From an uncultured Methylomirabilota bacterium (lineage in GTDB: Bacteria > Methylomirabilota > Methylomirabilia > Methylomirabilales > 2-02-FULL-66-22), in the NCBI GenBank assembly GCA_963842855.1, contig CAWJHW010000004.1:72684-136683 (forward strand): a DNA stretch of 64,000 nucleotides, read 5' to 3'. The notes beneath the pieces are model-generated. The model saw only the letters and a program-made list of their open reading frames with translations, searched no databases and was not told the DNA's origin. The position numbers and the translations under genes were made by a program. Below, one piece after another: positions 30,006 through 39,656 of this stretch (its first letter is position 1; the number at the start of each line of letters is the position of its first letter).

Positions 30006-31733
30006 TCACTCGCCGAAGGTCACGCGATTGATCTCCGCCACGGTCGTGGCCCCGGCACGAGCTTTCTCCAGGGCGGCCTCCCGCAGGAGCACCGTGCCAC
30101 CCGACCGGGCGGCACCGGCGATCTCGCTGGCGGGGCGACGGTCCAAGATCAGGGCGCGGATAACATCGGTCATTTCCACCAGCTCGCCCACCGCCGTGCG
30201 CCCGCGGAAGCCGCTGCCCCCGCACTCCTCACAGCCCACTGCCTCGTGGAACGTCCGCGCCTCGTCTTCCTTGGGGTCCAGCCCCAGCTCCTCCAAGGCC
30301 TCCCGGGGATAGCTCGCCGGCCGGCGGCAGGAGCGGCACAGCACCCGGACCAGGCGCTGGGTCAGGATGCAATTCAGGGAGGAGAGGAAGTGGTACGGCT
30401 CCAGCCCCATGTTGAGGAAGCGCCCGATGACGTCCATCACGTTGTTGGCGTGCACGGTGGTGAACACCAGGTGGCCGGTCAGGGCGGACTGGACGGCGAT
30501 CTGGGCCGTCTCGGAGTCGCGGATCTCCCCGACCAGGATCTTGTCCGGGTCGTGGCGCAGGATGCTGCGCAGGCCGCGGGCGAAGGTCAGGCCCTTCTTC
30601 TCGTTCACCGGGATCTGCACCACCTCGCGGAGCTGGTATTCGATGGGGTCCTCGATGGTGATGATCTTGTCCTCGCCCGTGTGGATCTCCGTGAGGGCCG
30701 CGTAGAGGGTGGTGGTCTTGCCCGACCCGGTGGGCCCCGTCACCAGGATCATGCCGTGGGGCCGGTGGATGTGCCGGCGGAACCGGCGCAGGTCGTTTTC
30801 GCTGATGCCCAGGATGTCCAGGCGGAGGTCGGCCAGTTCCTTGGTGATGGCCTCCTTGTCCAGGATGCGGATCACCACCGCCTCGCCGAAGTTGCTGGGC
30901 AGGATCGAGACGCGGAAGTCTATGGAGCGCCCGCGGACCTTGAGCTTGAAGCGACCGTCCTGGGGGACCCGGTGCTCGGCGATGTCCAGCTCGGCCATGA
31001 TCTTGATCCGGGACACGATGGTGGACTGGTGGCGCCGATCCAGAGGGTCCATGGCCGGGCGGAGCATGCCGTCGATCCGGTATTTCACCTGGACGTATTT
31101 CTCGTCGGCCTCGATGTGGACGTCGCTGGCCCGCTGCTCCAGGGCGGTCAGGAGCATAGTGTCCACCAGGCGGATGGTGGGGCTGACGTCCCCCCCGGCC
31201 GCCTCCAGGGAGACCGTGCCCTCCTCGCTGTCCGCCTCGACCAGCTTGAAGTCCTCCGTGACGGCGTTCAGGATCCGCTGGGAGGCGTCCACGCGGCTCA
31301 GCCGATCCAGGAGGGCGCCGCGGGTCACCAGGACCAGGTCCACCGGGCCTCCGTGCCACTGGGCCAGGTCATCCCGGAGCAGGACGTTGCCCGGGTCCGC
31401 CACGGCCACCACCAGCCGGTTGCCCTCGCGATGGAGGGGCAGGAACAGGTCGCGGCGCATCCGTTCCAGGGGGAAGGCATCCAGGACCCCGGGCTCAATG
31501 AGGGTGGTGCCGAGGTCCACCAGGGACAGGTCGTACAGGCGGCTGAGGCACTGGGCCAGCTTCTCCTCGGACAGGAGACCGGCGTCCACCAGGTGCCACC
31601 CCAGGCCGCCCCGCACGCCGTCCCGCTGGGCCAGCGTCCGGTCCAGCTCCGGGCGGCTGATATGTCCCTCGCCGAGCAGGGCGTCTTCCAGGGTGCGATA
31701 GCGGGTCATGTCGGGCCTCGACTCACGCTGCAC
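30006..31733 (-). CDS. GspE/PilB-family secretion ATPase with an MshEN-like N-terminal domain
   Basis: Walker A GPTGSGKTT, Asp/His boxes and a tetracysteine CxxC...CxxC motif. The N-terminus has two MshEN-type motifs (LEDALLGEGHISRPELDRTLAQ and LGWHLVDAGLLSEEKLAQCL). Confidence 0.9.
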   Translation of the reverse strand: MQRESRPDMTRYRTLEDALLGEGHISRPELDRTLAQRDGVRGGLGWHLVDAGLLSEEKLAQCLSRLYDLSLVDLGTTLIEPGVLDAFPLERMRRDLFLPLHREGNRLVVAVADPGNVLLRDDLAQWHGGPVDLVLVTRGALLDRLSRVDASQRILNAVTEDFKLVEADSEEGTVSLEAAGGDVSPTIRLVDTMLLTALEQRASDVHIEADEKYVQVKYRIDGMLRPAMDPLDRRHQSTIVSRIKIMAELDIAEHRVPQDGRFKLKVRGRSIDFRVSILPSNFGEAVVIRILDKEAITKELADLRLDILGISENDLRRFRRHIHRPHGMILVTGPTGSGKTTTLYAALTEIHTGEDKIITIEDPIEYQLREVVQIPVNEKKGLTFARGLRSILRHDPDKILVGEIRDSETAQIAVQSALTGHLVFTTVHANNVMDVIGRFLNMGLEPYHFLSSLNCILTQRLVRVLCRSCRRPASYPREALEELGLDPKEDEARTFHEAVGCEECGGSGFRGRTAVGELVEMTDVIRALILDRRPASEIAGAARSGGTVLLREAALEKARAGATTVAEINRVTFGE

Positions 31734-31740
31734 TACCTTT

Positions 31741-31840
31741 CAATGTAAAACTGACAACCGACAACTGGCAACCGGGCCATGTTCGTTTTCGGCTGTCGGT
31801 TTTTCGTTGTCAGTTGTCGGTTTCAAATTTTCCATTGGCC
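31741..31840. repeat. intercistronic word-repeat element (TGTCGGTT / AACCGACA words, inverted)
   Basis: CTGACAACCGACAACTGGCAACCGG ... CGGCTGTCGGTTTTTCGTTGTCAGTTGTCGGTTTC. The two arms are inverted copies able to form a long hairpin between the GspF-like and GspE-like genes. Confidence 0.7.
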
Positions 31841-31845
31841 GCAGT

Positions 31846-33060
31846 CTACCGGACGACCGCCGACAGGTGGAAGATGGGCAAGTACATGATGATGACGATC
31901 GTGGCCACGACCAGGCCCATGCCGATCATGACAATGGGCTCGATCACGGCCGCCAGGGCGGTGAGCTGGGTGTCCATCTCCGCGTCGTACAGGTCGGCCA
32001 CATGGCCCAGCATCTCTTGAAGCGATCCACTGCTCTCCCCAACGGAGACCATCTCCAGGAGGAGCGAGGGGACGACCCCCGAACTCCCCAGCGCATCGGC
32101 TAGCGTGTTGCCGGCCGTCACCCGCGGGATCACGGGTTGGAGCGCCTCCGCCACGTACGCATTCCCCAGGACGCCAAACGTCGCTTGAAGCGATGGGATC
32201 ATCGGGATGCCGCCACCCAGCGTCATGGACAGGGTGCGGGCAAACCGGGAGAACAGATATCCACGCACGAGGTCCCCCACGAAGGGGAGGCGCAGGGTCC
32301 AGCGGTCAATCGAGCGCCGGCCGGTCGCCGTCGCGCGCCAGCGCCACGCCCCCAGCAGAAGAAGCGCGACGACCCCGCCGACGATCGGCAGGGTGCCCCG
32401 GAGGCGCTGCGTCAGGGCCACCAGCATCCGGGTTGCCACGGGGAGTTCAGCCTCCATGTCGCCGTAGATCCGGGTGAACGTGGGGACCACGAACGTCAGC
32501 AGGAAGGTGATGACGGCCCCTGACGCCACAACGAGGACAGCGGGGTAGGTGAGGGCCGCGCGGAACCGCTGTCGCATGGCCATGATCCGCTTCTGGTACT
32601 CCAGGTACCGCGAGAGCGCGTCCACGAGATTCCCGCTTTGCTCCCCGGCCTGCAGGGCCCCCGTGTACAGTGGGGAGAAGATGCGCGGGTGCTGGGCCAG
32701 GGCGGCGGAGAGGGCCGCGCCGCCCTTCACCGCCTCCCGCGCCTCGGCCAGGACGGCGCGCAGGTAGGGCTGCTGGGTTCGTTCCCCCAGGAGATCCAGG
32801 GCCGTGAGGATGGGCAAGCCGGCCTTGATGAGCGCCAGGAGTTCCTGGTTGAACACCAGGAGCGCCTGGAGTCCGACGCGACCGTGGCCGAGGGCGAAGT
32901 GCGGACGCAGACCCCGATCCTCGGTCGAGCCCTCGACGGCAAAGACGAAGTACCCCTGGGCTTCCAGGCGTCGCCGGGCGGCCTCGGGGCGTTCCTCCTC
33001 GACCTCCTGGGTGAGGAGGCTTCCCGTGGGGGTCCCGACCCTGCAAGAGAAACGCGGCAT
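31846..33060 (-). CDS. GspF/PilC-family platform protein
   Basis: 404 aa with duplicated T2SSF domains and three TM segments. First gene of the minus-strand cluster. Confidence 0.9.
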   Translation of the reverse strand: MPRFSCRVGTPTGSLLTQEVEEERPEAARRRLEAQGYFVFAVEGSTEDRGLRPHFALGHGRVGLQALLVFNQELLALIKAGLPILTALDLLGERTQQPYLRAVLAEAREAVKGGAALSAALAQHPRIFSPLYTGALQAGEQSGNLVDALSRYLEYQKRIMAMRQRFRAALTYPAVLVVASGAVITFLLTFVVPTFTRIYGDMEAELPVATRMLVALTQRLRGTLPIVGGVVALLLLGAWRWRATATGRRSIDRWTLRLPFVGDLVRGYLFSRFARTLSMTLGGGIPMIPSLQATFGVLGNAYVAEALQPVIPRVTAGNTLADALGSSGVVPSLLLEMVSVGESSGSLQEMLGHVADLYDAEMDTQLTALAAVIEPIVMIGMGLVVATIVIIMYLPIFHLSAVVR

Positions 33061-33394
33061 TGCCTCCCCGCTGCTTATTGAAGCCGGATTCTAACGATCA
33101 GTGGCCGAGCTACGCAAGGGAATTATCGCGGAGAGCTACGGGGCATTCCGTCCGTCCTGATCGGCAGGGTCGGGTTCCCCTGCTACCCCCAGTTTCGGGT
33201 GTCGGTTTTTCCTGCTGGCTAGGGCGTTCCGGGACCGGAAGATCGCGCTTGACCATCTCGCGTTAAGAGAATAGAAAGACCTGACAGCCATCCGAAGCGC
33301 TCGCCTCAACCTTAGAACTCCGTGAAAACCTGTAGCGCCCCCGGGAACCTTTTGGTAGGCGCGGAGTAAGGGGCAGAAGATATTTCAATAATTA

Positions 33395-33682
33395 TTGTCC
33401 TTTCCCTGTGCTATCCTCCGGGCCATGGAACCCCGACAGGAGGCGTTCATGGGACCGGAGTGGAAGCCGATGCCGCTCGTCGACGTGCAGACGGTCGCCG
33501 GGACCCGGGTGGTCCGGGTGGCCGCGACGGTCGTGGCCTGCTACCCGCAGGGCGACCCGGGGATGGAACGCATCACCGCGGTGAACCTCGCCGAGGCGGG
33601 CCTGAAGGCCGAGCGCGTGGCCGCGGCCTTCGGCATCACCCCGCAGCACCTGAGCCGGCTCCGCGGCCGGGCCCGGCGCTAG
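33395..33682 (+). CDS. HTH-containing ORF, probably the N-terminal fragment of a transposase or regulator
   Basis: The C-terminal LAEAGLKAERVAAAFGITPQHLSRLR looks like an HTH. The ORF ends about 75 nt before the IS4 terminal repeat. Confidence 0.35.
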   Translation: MSFPCAILRAMEPRQEAFMGPEWKPMPLVDVQTVAGTRVVRVAATVVACYPQGDPGMERITAVNLAEAGLKAERVAAAFGITPQHLSRLRGRARR

Positions 33683-33758
33683 GGCTCGGCGGCGCTGGCC
33701 ACCCGCTGTCAGCAATCACTTGGCACTTGTCACCTGGCAATTATTAGTGGGAGCGGAT

Positions 33759-35084
33759 CACTGCTGTCCCAACATTATTCGAAAAGATTCAACTGGTTAC
33801 CGATATCGCTCTCCTCCACAGAGGCATGGGGTAGCGTAAGGGCCTGCAAGAGCGAGATCTTCTCGAAGAGGGAGACGCTCAGGATCTGGAGGATCGTGTA
33901 GGGGGTGGCCGCCAACTGGAGCCGCTGCTTGACGATGGCGACCAAGACGTACACTGCGATGGCGATCCAGATCTGGGTCTTGACCGCGTTCTCGGAGGTC
34001 CCGTAGAAGGCCTTGATCCGCAGGTGCGGCTTGGTCCACTTGAAGAACAGCTCTACCTGCCACCGGCACTTGGAGCGCTGGGCAATGGTCAGCGCCGGGA
34101 GCGCGAAGTTGGTGGTGAGGAACACGAGCCGCTTGCGCGTCTCCACGTCGAAGAACCGGATGCGGCGCAGGCGTTCGGGATAGCCCCGCGTGCTGTAGAA
34201 GCCGTACAGGCGGAGGGTCTGATCGGAGTGGACCCCGGTCGTCCAGTCGACGGGCCGCGAGTCGAGGTAGCGGTAGCGGAAGTTCCGCTTGGCCCGGGTC
34301 ACGAAGAAGCCCAGCGCCTGGGGGGAGGCGGTACCGCCGGGCGAAGTCCAGGTAGCCCCGATCGAAGACAGAGATGGCGCCGGCCTCCACCACCAGGGTA
34401 TCGAGGATATTGACGTCGTGCACGGTCCCCGGCGTGAGGAAGAGCACACTGGGGATGTGGCCGCGCAGGTCCAGCAGGGTGGGGAGCTTTACCGCCCCGT
34501 TGCGTTTGCGGAACGTGGCCCAGGGGAACAGCGCCAGGCACAGATCGATGACGGTGGAGTCCAGGGCGTAGACGGTCTGCGCCAGTGCGACCCCGAACGC
34601 TTCCGTGGCGTACGGGGTACGGGCGGTCGCGATCAGCCCCTGAGCGAAGTCGGCGTAGGTCTGCCAGTCGCGCACCTCGTTGGCATGGGCGAGCGTGTTG
34701 CGGGAGACCGTGCCGCGGAACCCCATGTGGTAGAGCTTGGGTTGGGCGACCCGCAGGCAGGCCTGAATATCCCGCAGGCTCTCCCGGAAGGTCAACTGGG
34801 CAAAGGCCATGCAGAGGCACTGGTCCTAGCACGAGAAGCTCTTGACCTTGTAGTTTCCCTGGTAGCGGTCGACGCACTTGCGGAACTCGTACGGGGAAAC
34901 GAAGTCCATCCGTTGGGCGAAGATCGTTGTGCCAGCGTTCACGGGCCTTCTCCCCGCTCGAAAATGCGAGAGTATGGCCCATGGAGGCTTGCCAGTTCAA
35001 ATCGATAAATGGACGGATGCGCATAATCCCCTGTAACATCAGCACGTATCGCTACGCTGGCGACTCAACGTTGGGACAGCAGTG
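33759..35084 (-). mobile_element. IS4-family insertion sequence (1326 bp), transposase inactivated
   Basis: Perfect 15-bp terminal inverted repeats: CACTGCTGTCCCAAC (33759-33773) and GTTGGGACAGCAGTG (35070-35084). Confidence 0.8.
33775..34942 (-). pseudogene. IS4-family (DUF4372 + DDE_Tnp_1) transposase with a nonsense codon and a frameshift
   Basis: The N-terminus reads VNAGTTIFAQRMDFVSPYEFRKCVDRYQGNYKVKSFSC*DQCLCMAFAQLT. The TAG at 34826-34828 sits where homologues have Trp. The frame switches near 34325-34345, between DRGYLDFARRY and ALGFFVTRAKRNFRYRYL. Confidence 0.8.
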
Positions 35085-35375
35085 TTCTCATACAGGTGAT
35101 GAAGTCTGCGCCCAATGTGGCAGGGAAATTACGAGGGACAAGGACGGGAAGCCAATCCCAACACCATGACCAAAGTCGGGGTGAGGGGATCGTGTGGCTG
35201 CAAGGAAAGGCAGACAAGCTTCCACACCTTTGTAAAACGGCTAGAGATTCGCCCTGCTTGGGAAGCCAAGCCAGGCTCGAAGTCCGAATCTCCCAGGCGA
35301 TGTCCCACCCAAGACCCTTCTCGCGGCCTTTGCTGTTGACACCGAGGGAAGCATCCACTAGCCTGCCGAACAGCC

Positions 35376-35603
35376 ATGCCGAACCCAATTCTCTACCTGT
35401 ACCGAGGTGAACACACCTGGATGGTTTCCCAAGTCATCCCCGAGGACGAGGACGGGTGGTCCTCTCGCTCCAGCGCGACACGGGTCCTCTGCGAGGTGGA
35501 CGTGGAAGCCGCTCTCCGGATCGTGCAGGCGGAGCATCCCGGATACGAGATCCGGGTGCTGAACTGGTATCGCCCCAAACGGGACTATTCCCCGCCCGCC
35601 TAA
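35376..35603 (+). CDS. hypothetical small protein
   Basis: 75-aa ORF in a lower-GC stretch. No recognisable motif. Confidence 0.3.
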   Translation: MPNPILYLYRGEHTWMVSQVIPEDEDGWSSRSSATRVLCEVDVEAALRIVQAEHPGYEIRVLNWYRPKRDYSPPA

Positions 35604-35982
35604 GGCCGTTCACCGGGCTTTCTGTTGACCCACCGAGGGGCTTTCGATAGCCTTTTCCTAATGCGTCCCCCACGACGTTACCACCACGCCTAGCCCTCTC
35701 CCTCGGGCAACCGGGGCTCCCGCAGCCCTCGCACCATATAGGCCCACAATCAAGCCATAGGCGGGAGCTCTCACTGTGGGGTGGCGAATGAAGAACAAGG
35801 ATGTCCTAGGCGACTCCTGGGATGCATTCGCAGTCCGTTTGAATAAGTACCGGCGTAGAAGAATGCGAAGAGAGTGGATAGATATCATTTTCCCATGGTT
35901 AGGTGTATTTGCTGTTGTCCTAGGCGTGTTATTTTTGTCAAAGGTGTATTCTGAACCGACTGATCCTCACCGAATCCCCGGT

Positions 35983-36807
35983 CTACCGTTCGCGACGGGA
36001 AAAAGCCCTCCTGAGGCCCGGAACCTCGTCACCACCCTGCCATGCCAGGGTAATTCGTCGCAGCTCAAAATACGCCCGGGACTTTGCGCCCTGGACCTCG
36101 TCACCACCCCGCAATGTCAAGGTAACGGAACCCAGCCCAGCGACCTCCTTTGGGTCCAGCGAGACTTCATCCCCGCGTTCCAGGATTCTTCCCCTCCGTA
36201 GCCCGGCCTCATACTCCTCCGGAGAACTCTCCACTGGCTCCCCACGCTCGATCAGAACCGGGCGGAACCGCTTCTCGCTCCGCGCCTGATAGAAGGACCT
36301 CTTCGCGCTGTCATGGGATAAGAAGTAGAGTTCCTCTAACTGCCTGAAGGCCTGCTCGGGGTTCTCCGCGCGTCCCATCTCAATCAGATGCGTCACCAGC
36401 CCGTAGACCAGAAGCGGATGGGCTTTGAACGTGCCATGCGGACGGCCGCGCTTCCTGCCTGAGAGTCCTCCCTCCAGGAGGTGCAGAGCCGTTTTGCAAA
36501 CCCATCTGTCCGCGATGAAAGCGGGGTTCATCGCGAGGAGATCCGAGATTGCTGCACGATCCCCTCGGCGCACGCGACTGTGGCACTCTCGGAGGAGTTC
36601 CTGCGCCAAATGCTGGGCCTTCGCGACACAACTCGGTAGCGCGAAGGCGCCCGCCACCTGGAGTTCTTCAGGAAGGCAAAACTTCTCTCGCTCGGTGGAT
36701 CGCTCCTTGGGGATCGCATTGTGGGCGAAACGTGGAGCCAACGGAATGCTGATCCGAGCTGGCATGGCTTCGTAACGCGGTGATCTCATGGAGGGTTTCC
36801 GCTCCAA
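35983..36807 (-). CDS. hypothetical protein
   Basis: 274-aa ORF in a lower-GC islet. Its C-terminal part contains a duplicated L(T/A)xxGGDEV segment. It overlaps the alternative plus-strand ORF 35776..36201, so the 3' part is uncertain. Confidence 0.4.
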   Translation of the reverse strand: MERKPSMRSPRYEAMPARISIPLAPRFAHNAIPKERSTEREKFCLPEELQVAGAFALPSCVAKAQHLAQELLRECHSRVRRGDRAAISDLLAMNPAFIADRWVCKTALHLLEGGLSGRKRGRPHGTFKAHPLLVYGLVTHLIEMGRAENPEQAFRQLEELYFLSHDSAKRSFYQARSEKRFRPVLIERGEPVESSPEEYEAGLRRGRILERGDEVSLDPKEVAGLGSVTLTLRGGDEVQGAKSRAYFELRRITLAWQGGDEVPGLRRAFSRRER

Positions 36808-36961
36808 TTATCGTCACAGACCGGCAGGAACGAAGTGAGTATAACAGAGCCCAACTCGGAAACAGAGGATTGCGGAGGGTGCTATGAAGCTAGCCCTGAT
36901 CCGAAATAACCCTTTGGGAATTGGTCATTCCCCGTGTCCACATTCGGGCTGAGGAGGGCCG

Positions 36962-37432
36962 ATGCAGGTCGAGCAGTGGATGAACCGGGATGTGGTCACG
37001 CTGGGACCCGATGACAGCTTCCGCACCGCCTTGCACTTGATCCGCCAGAAGGGCATCCGGCACCTCCCGGTGGTGGAAGGCAAGCGCCTGGTCGGCATCG
37101 TCACCGACCGGGACCTGCGGCAGGCCTCGCCCTCGGGCGCCACCAGCCTGAGCATCCATGAGCTTCACTACATTATTCTGGAGAAGCTGACGGTCCGCGA
37201 GATCATGACCAAACAGGTGGTCACCATCCGCCCGGACCAGACGGTGGAGGAGGCGGCCCTGCTGCTCCTGGGGCACCGGATCGGGGGGCTGCCTGTCGTG
37301 CGGGACGGCGAGCTGGCGGGCATCATCACCGAAACCGACCTCCTGCAGGCGTTCCTGCAGCTCCGCGGCAAGGGACCGCTGGACATCGCCGCGTCCATCG
37401 TGGCCATCGAAAGGGAGAAGCGCGCGCCATGA
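36962..37432 (+). CDS. CBS-domain pair protein
   Basis: Two CBS motifs (VVTLGPDDSFRTALHLIRQKGIRHLPVVEGKRLVGIVTDRDL and VVTIRPDQTVEEAALLLLGHRIGGLPVV). Confidence 0.8.
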   Translation: MQVEQWMNRDVVTLGPDDSFRTALHLIRQKGIRHLPVVEGKRLVGIVTDRDLRQASPSGATSLSIHELHYIILEKLTVREIMTKQVVTIRPDQTVEEAALLLLGHRIGGLPVVRDGELAGIITETDLLQAFLQLRGKGPLDIAASIVAIEREKRAP

Positions 37433-38085
37433 ATCGGGCTCCCGGCGTGACAGTCCTCCTGTTGGCTGCGGCGGTCTCCGCCGCCGGATGTGCCGTGACC
37501 TCGGGGTCCCCCCGCGAGTCCGTGGGCGGGGCGGTTCACAGCAGCAGCGTCAGTAACACGATCCAGATCCGATACCAGGCAGACCGACTCCTGGCGCCCC
37601 TGGGCTTGACGGTGGAGACCGACCGGCGGGAGGTCTTCATCTCCGGCCTCGTCCAGAACGACGCGCAGCGGGCCCGCGCCGTGGCCATCGCGCGCGACAC
37701 GCCGGGCGTCCTGGACGCCTACTTCGTGGACACGGACCTCCCCGGCCGGCCGGTGAGCCGCCAGCACTACCGCGCCAGCGCCCAAGACGTCTGGGCCGCC
37801 ACGGTGGCCGCGGTGCGCGCGAACGGGTACCAGATCGAGCAGCAGCAGGAGGGCCGCACCCTCGTCACCGGCTGGAGGCGTTTGAACCCGAGCTGGCCGA
37901 CGCTGTGGCTCCCCCCCCAGGAGCGGGTGCGCCTCGCCCTGTACCCCCACGGCGATGTCGTCACGGTGATCGCCGTAGCGGACCGCTTGGACGAGGGGAC
38001 TCTGTCCTGGCACCTCGGGCGCGAACAGACCATCCTGCGCAACATCCAGGAGGTCCTCGCCTCCGCCGCCTCATCGGGTTCGTGA
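37429..38085 (+). CDS. BON-domain lipoprotein
   Basis: Lipobox LLAAAVSAAGC. BON-like segment (LTVETDRREVFISGLVQNDAQRARAVAIARDTPGV). Confidence 0.65.
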   Translation: MNRAPGVTVLLLAAAVSAAGCAVTSGSPRESVGGAVHSSSVSNTIQIRYQADRLLAPLGLTVETDRREVFISGLVQNDAQRARAVAIARDTPGVLDAYFVDTDLPGRPVSRQHYRASAQDVWAATVAAVRANGYQIEQQQEGRTLVTGWRRLNPSWPTLWLPPQERVRLALYPHGDVVTVIAVADRLDEGTLSWHLGREQTILRNIQEVLASAASSGS

Positions 38086-38348
38086 GCCCTCCCCCGCAGT
38101 CACGTTCCCCCGGCTTGTTCCGCCGCCATTCCCGGTTCGTCTGTCGAGTATCCGTCGGCGCTCCTCGCGCGAGGCGGCGCCCCTGTGCGTCGGGGCAGCG
38201 GCCGGCACTCCTCGGCCGGAAACGCGTCACGGCGGCGGGCGTGTGAAGAGGGGGGCTACAGGGAAAGGATCGGGAAGGACCGCGAGATGGGCCTGCGCGC
38301 TCTCGGAACAGCGCGCAGGATGGTCTGGGGCCAGGGCCGTCCCGGCGG

Positions 38349-38573
38349 CTAGTCGATCTCTTCCATCGAGATCACCTGCCGCTTGTTGATCGCCAGGAAT
38401 CCAAGACGGGGCTGGGCTTCCCCTTCGGCGGAAGCCTCGGTCAGGGCAAAGAAATCTGCCTTGAGGTTGAGGGCGTCCAGGGTTCGGACGTTCCTTGGTT
38501 TGCTCATTGTGCCGATGAGGACCCCGGCGATGGTCACCACCCTCACCTTCGCCGAGGTTTCGTCGATCGCCAT
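38349..38573 (-). CDS. hypothetical small protein
   Basis: 74 aa from ATG 38573 (MAIDETSAKVRVVTIAG...). No motif recognised. Confidence 0.4.
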   Translation of the reverse strand: MAIDETSAKVRVVTIAGVLIGTMSKPRNVRTLDALNLKADFFALTEASAEGEAQPRLGFLAINKRQVISMEEID

Positions 38574-38845
38574 GATGTTCCTCCCTGGTGTCGGTCGGAG
38601 CCTGGTTCGAGCCGGGAACGTGCCCGCCATCCCATATCACTTCCAGCTTGAGATTGTCAACCATTTTGCCGGTCGAGTCGGCGCCCCTGGAGGTCGTCTG
38701 TCCGGGTGGGAGTGACGCGCAGATGGCTTTCCCCGTCGTCTACGAGAGGGTGCGGCGGCCCGCCAGGGGATGTATCCTCGTGAGCGGCATCGCCCGGGCA
38801 AATCCGCAGGACCCGGCAGGGAGGAACCACTTTCGAGGAGGACCC

Positions 38846-39641
38846 ATGCAACGCATCGGCTTCATCGGACTCGGCCTGATGGGACAACCCATGTCGCGGC
38901 GCCTTCTGGATGCCGGGCATCCCCTGACGGTGTGGAACCGGACAAGAGAGAAGGCCACGGGACCTGGTGGCCAGCGGCGCGGTCTGGGGGGCCTCCCCCA
39001 AAGCCGTGGCCCGGGCCTCGGATGTCGTGATCACCATGGTCACCGACTCGTCGGCGTCGGAGGAAGTCATCTGCGGACGGGACGGCCTCCTGGAAGGCGC
39101 GCACCCCGGTCTCATCCTGATCGACATGAGCAGCATCGCGCCCGAGATGTCCCGCTCCATTGCCGACCAGGCCGGGGCCAAGGGCGTGCCCATGCTTGAC
39201 GCCCCGGTGACCGGAGCGCCCCGGGTCGTCACAGAGGGAAAGCTGGGGATCATGGTGGGCGGCCCCCGGGAGACCTTCGAGGCCTGCCGTCCGGTCTTCG
39301 AAAAGCTGGCGGCGAAGATCGTCTATGCCGGCCGGAACGGGATGGGCACCACACTGAAGCTCGTGAACAATCTGATCCTCGGCGTGGCCATCCACGTCTC
39401 GGCGGAAGCCCTGGTGCTGGCGGCCAAGGCGGGGCTGGATCCGCAGTCCGTCATCGAGATCACCTCGGTGGGCGGCGCCCGCACGGGAGCCATGGAGACC
39501 CGCGGTCCCCGGATGGTGACGCGCGACTTCACCCCGCATTTTTCCGCCAACAACATGTACAAGGACCTGTCCACCGCCCTCATGCTCGCCGAGGAGTGCG
39601 GCGTGTCCCTGCCGGTGGCGAGCGCGGCCCGACGACTGTGA
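38846..39641 (+). pseudogene. NAD(P)-dependent 3-hydroxyisobutyrate/6-phosphogluconate-dehydrogenase-like oxidoreductase, frameshifted
   Basis: MQRIGFIGLGLMGQPMSRRL Rossmann start in one frame. The rest (DLVASGAVWGASPKAVARASDVVITMVTD onward) is in the +1 frame. The shift is at a G run near 38958-38961. Confidence 0.75.
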
Positions 39642-39656
39642 CCTTGATCTCGAGCA

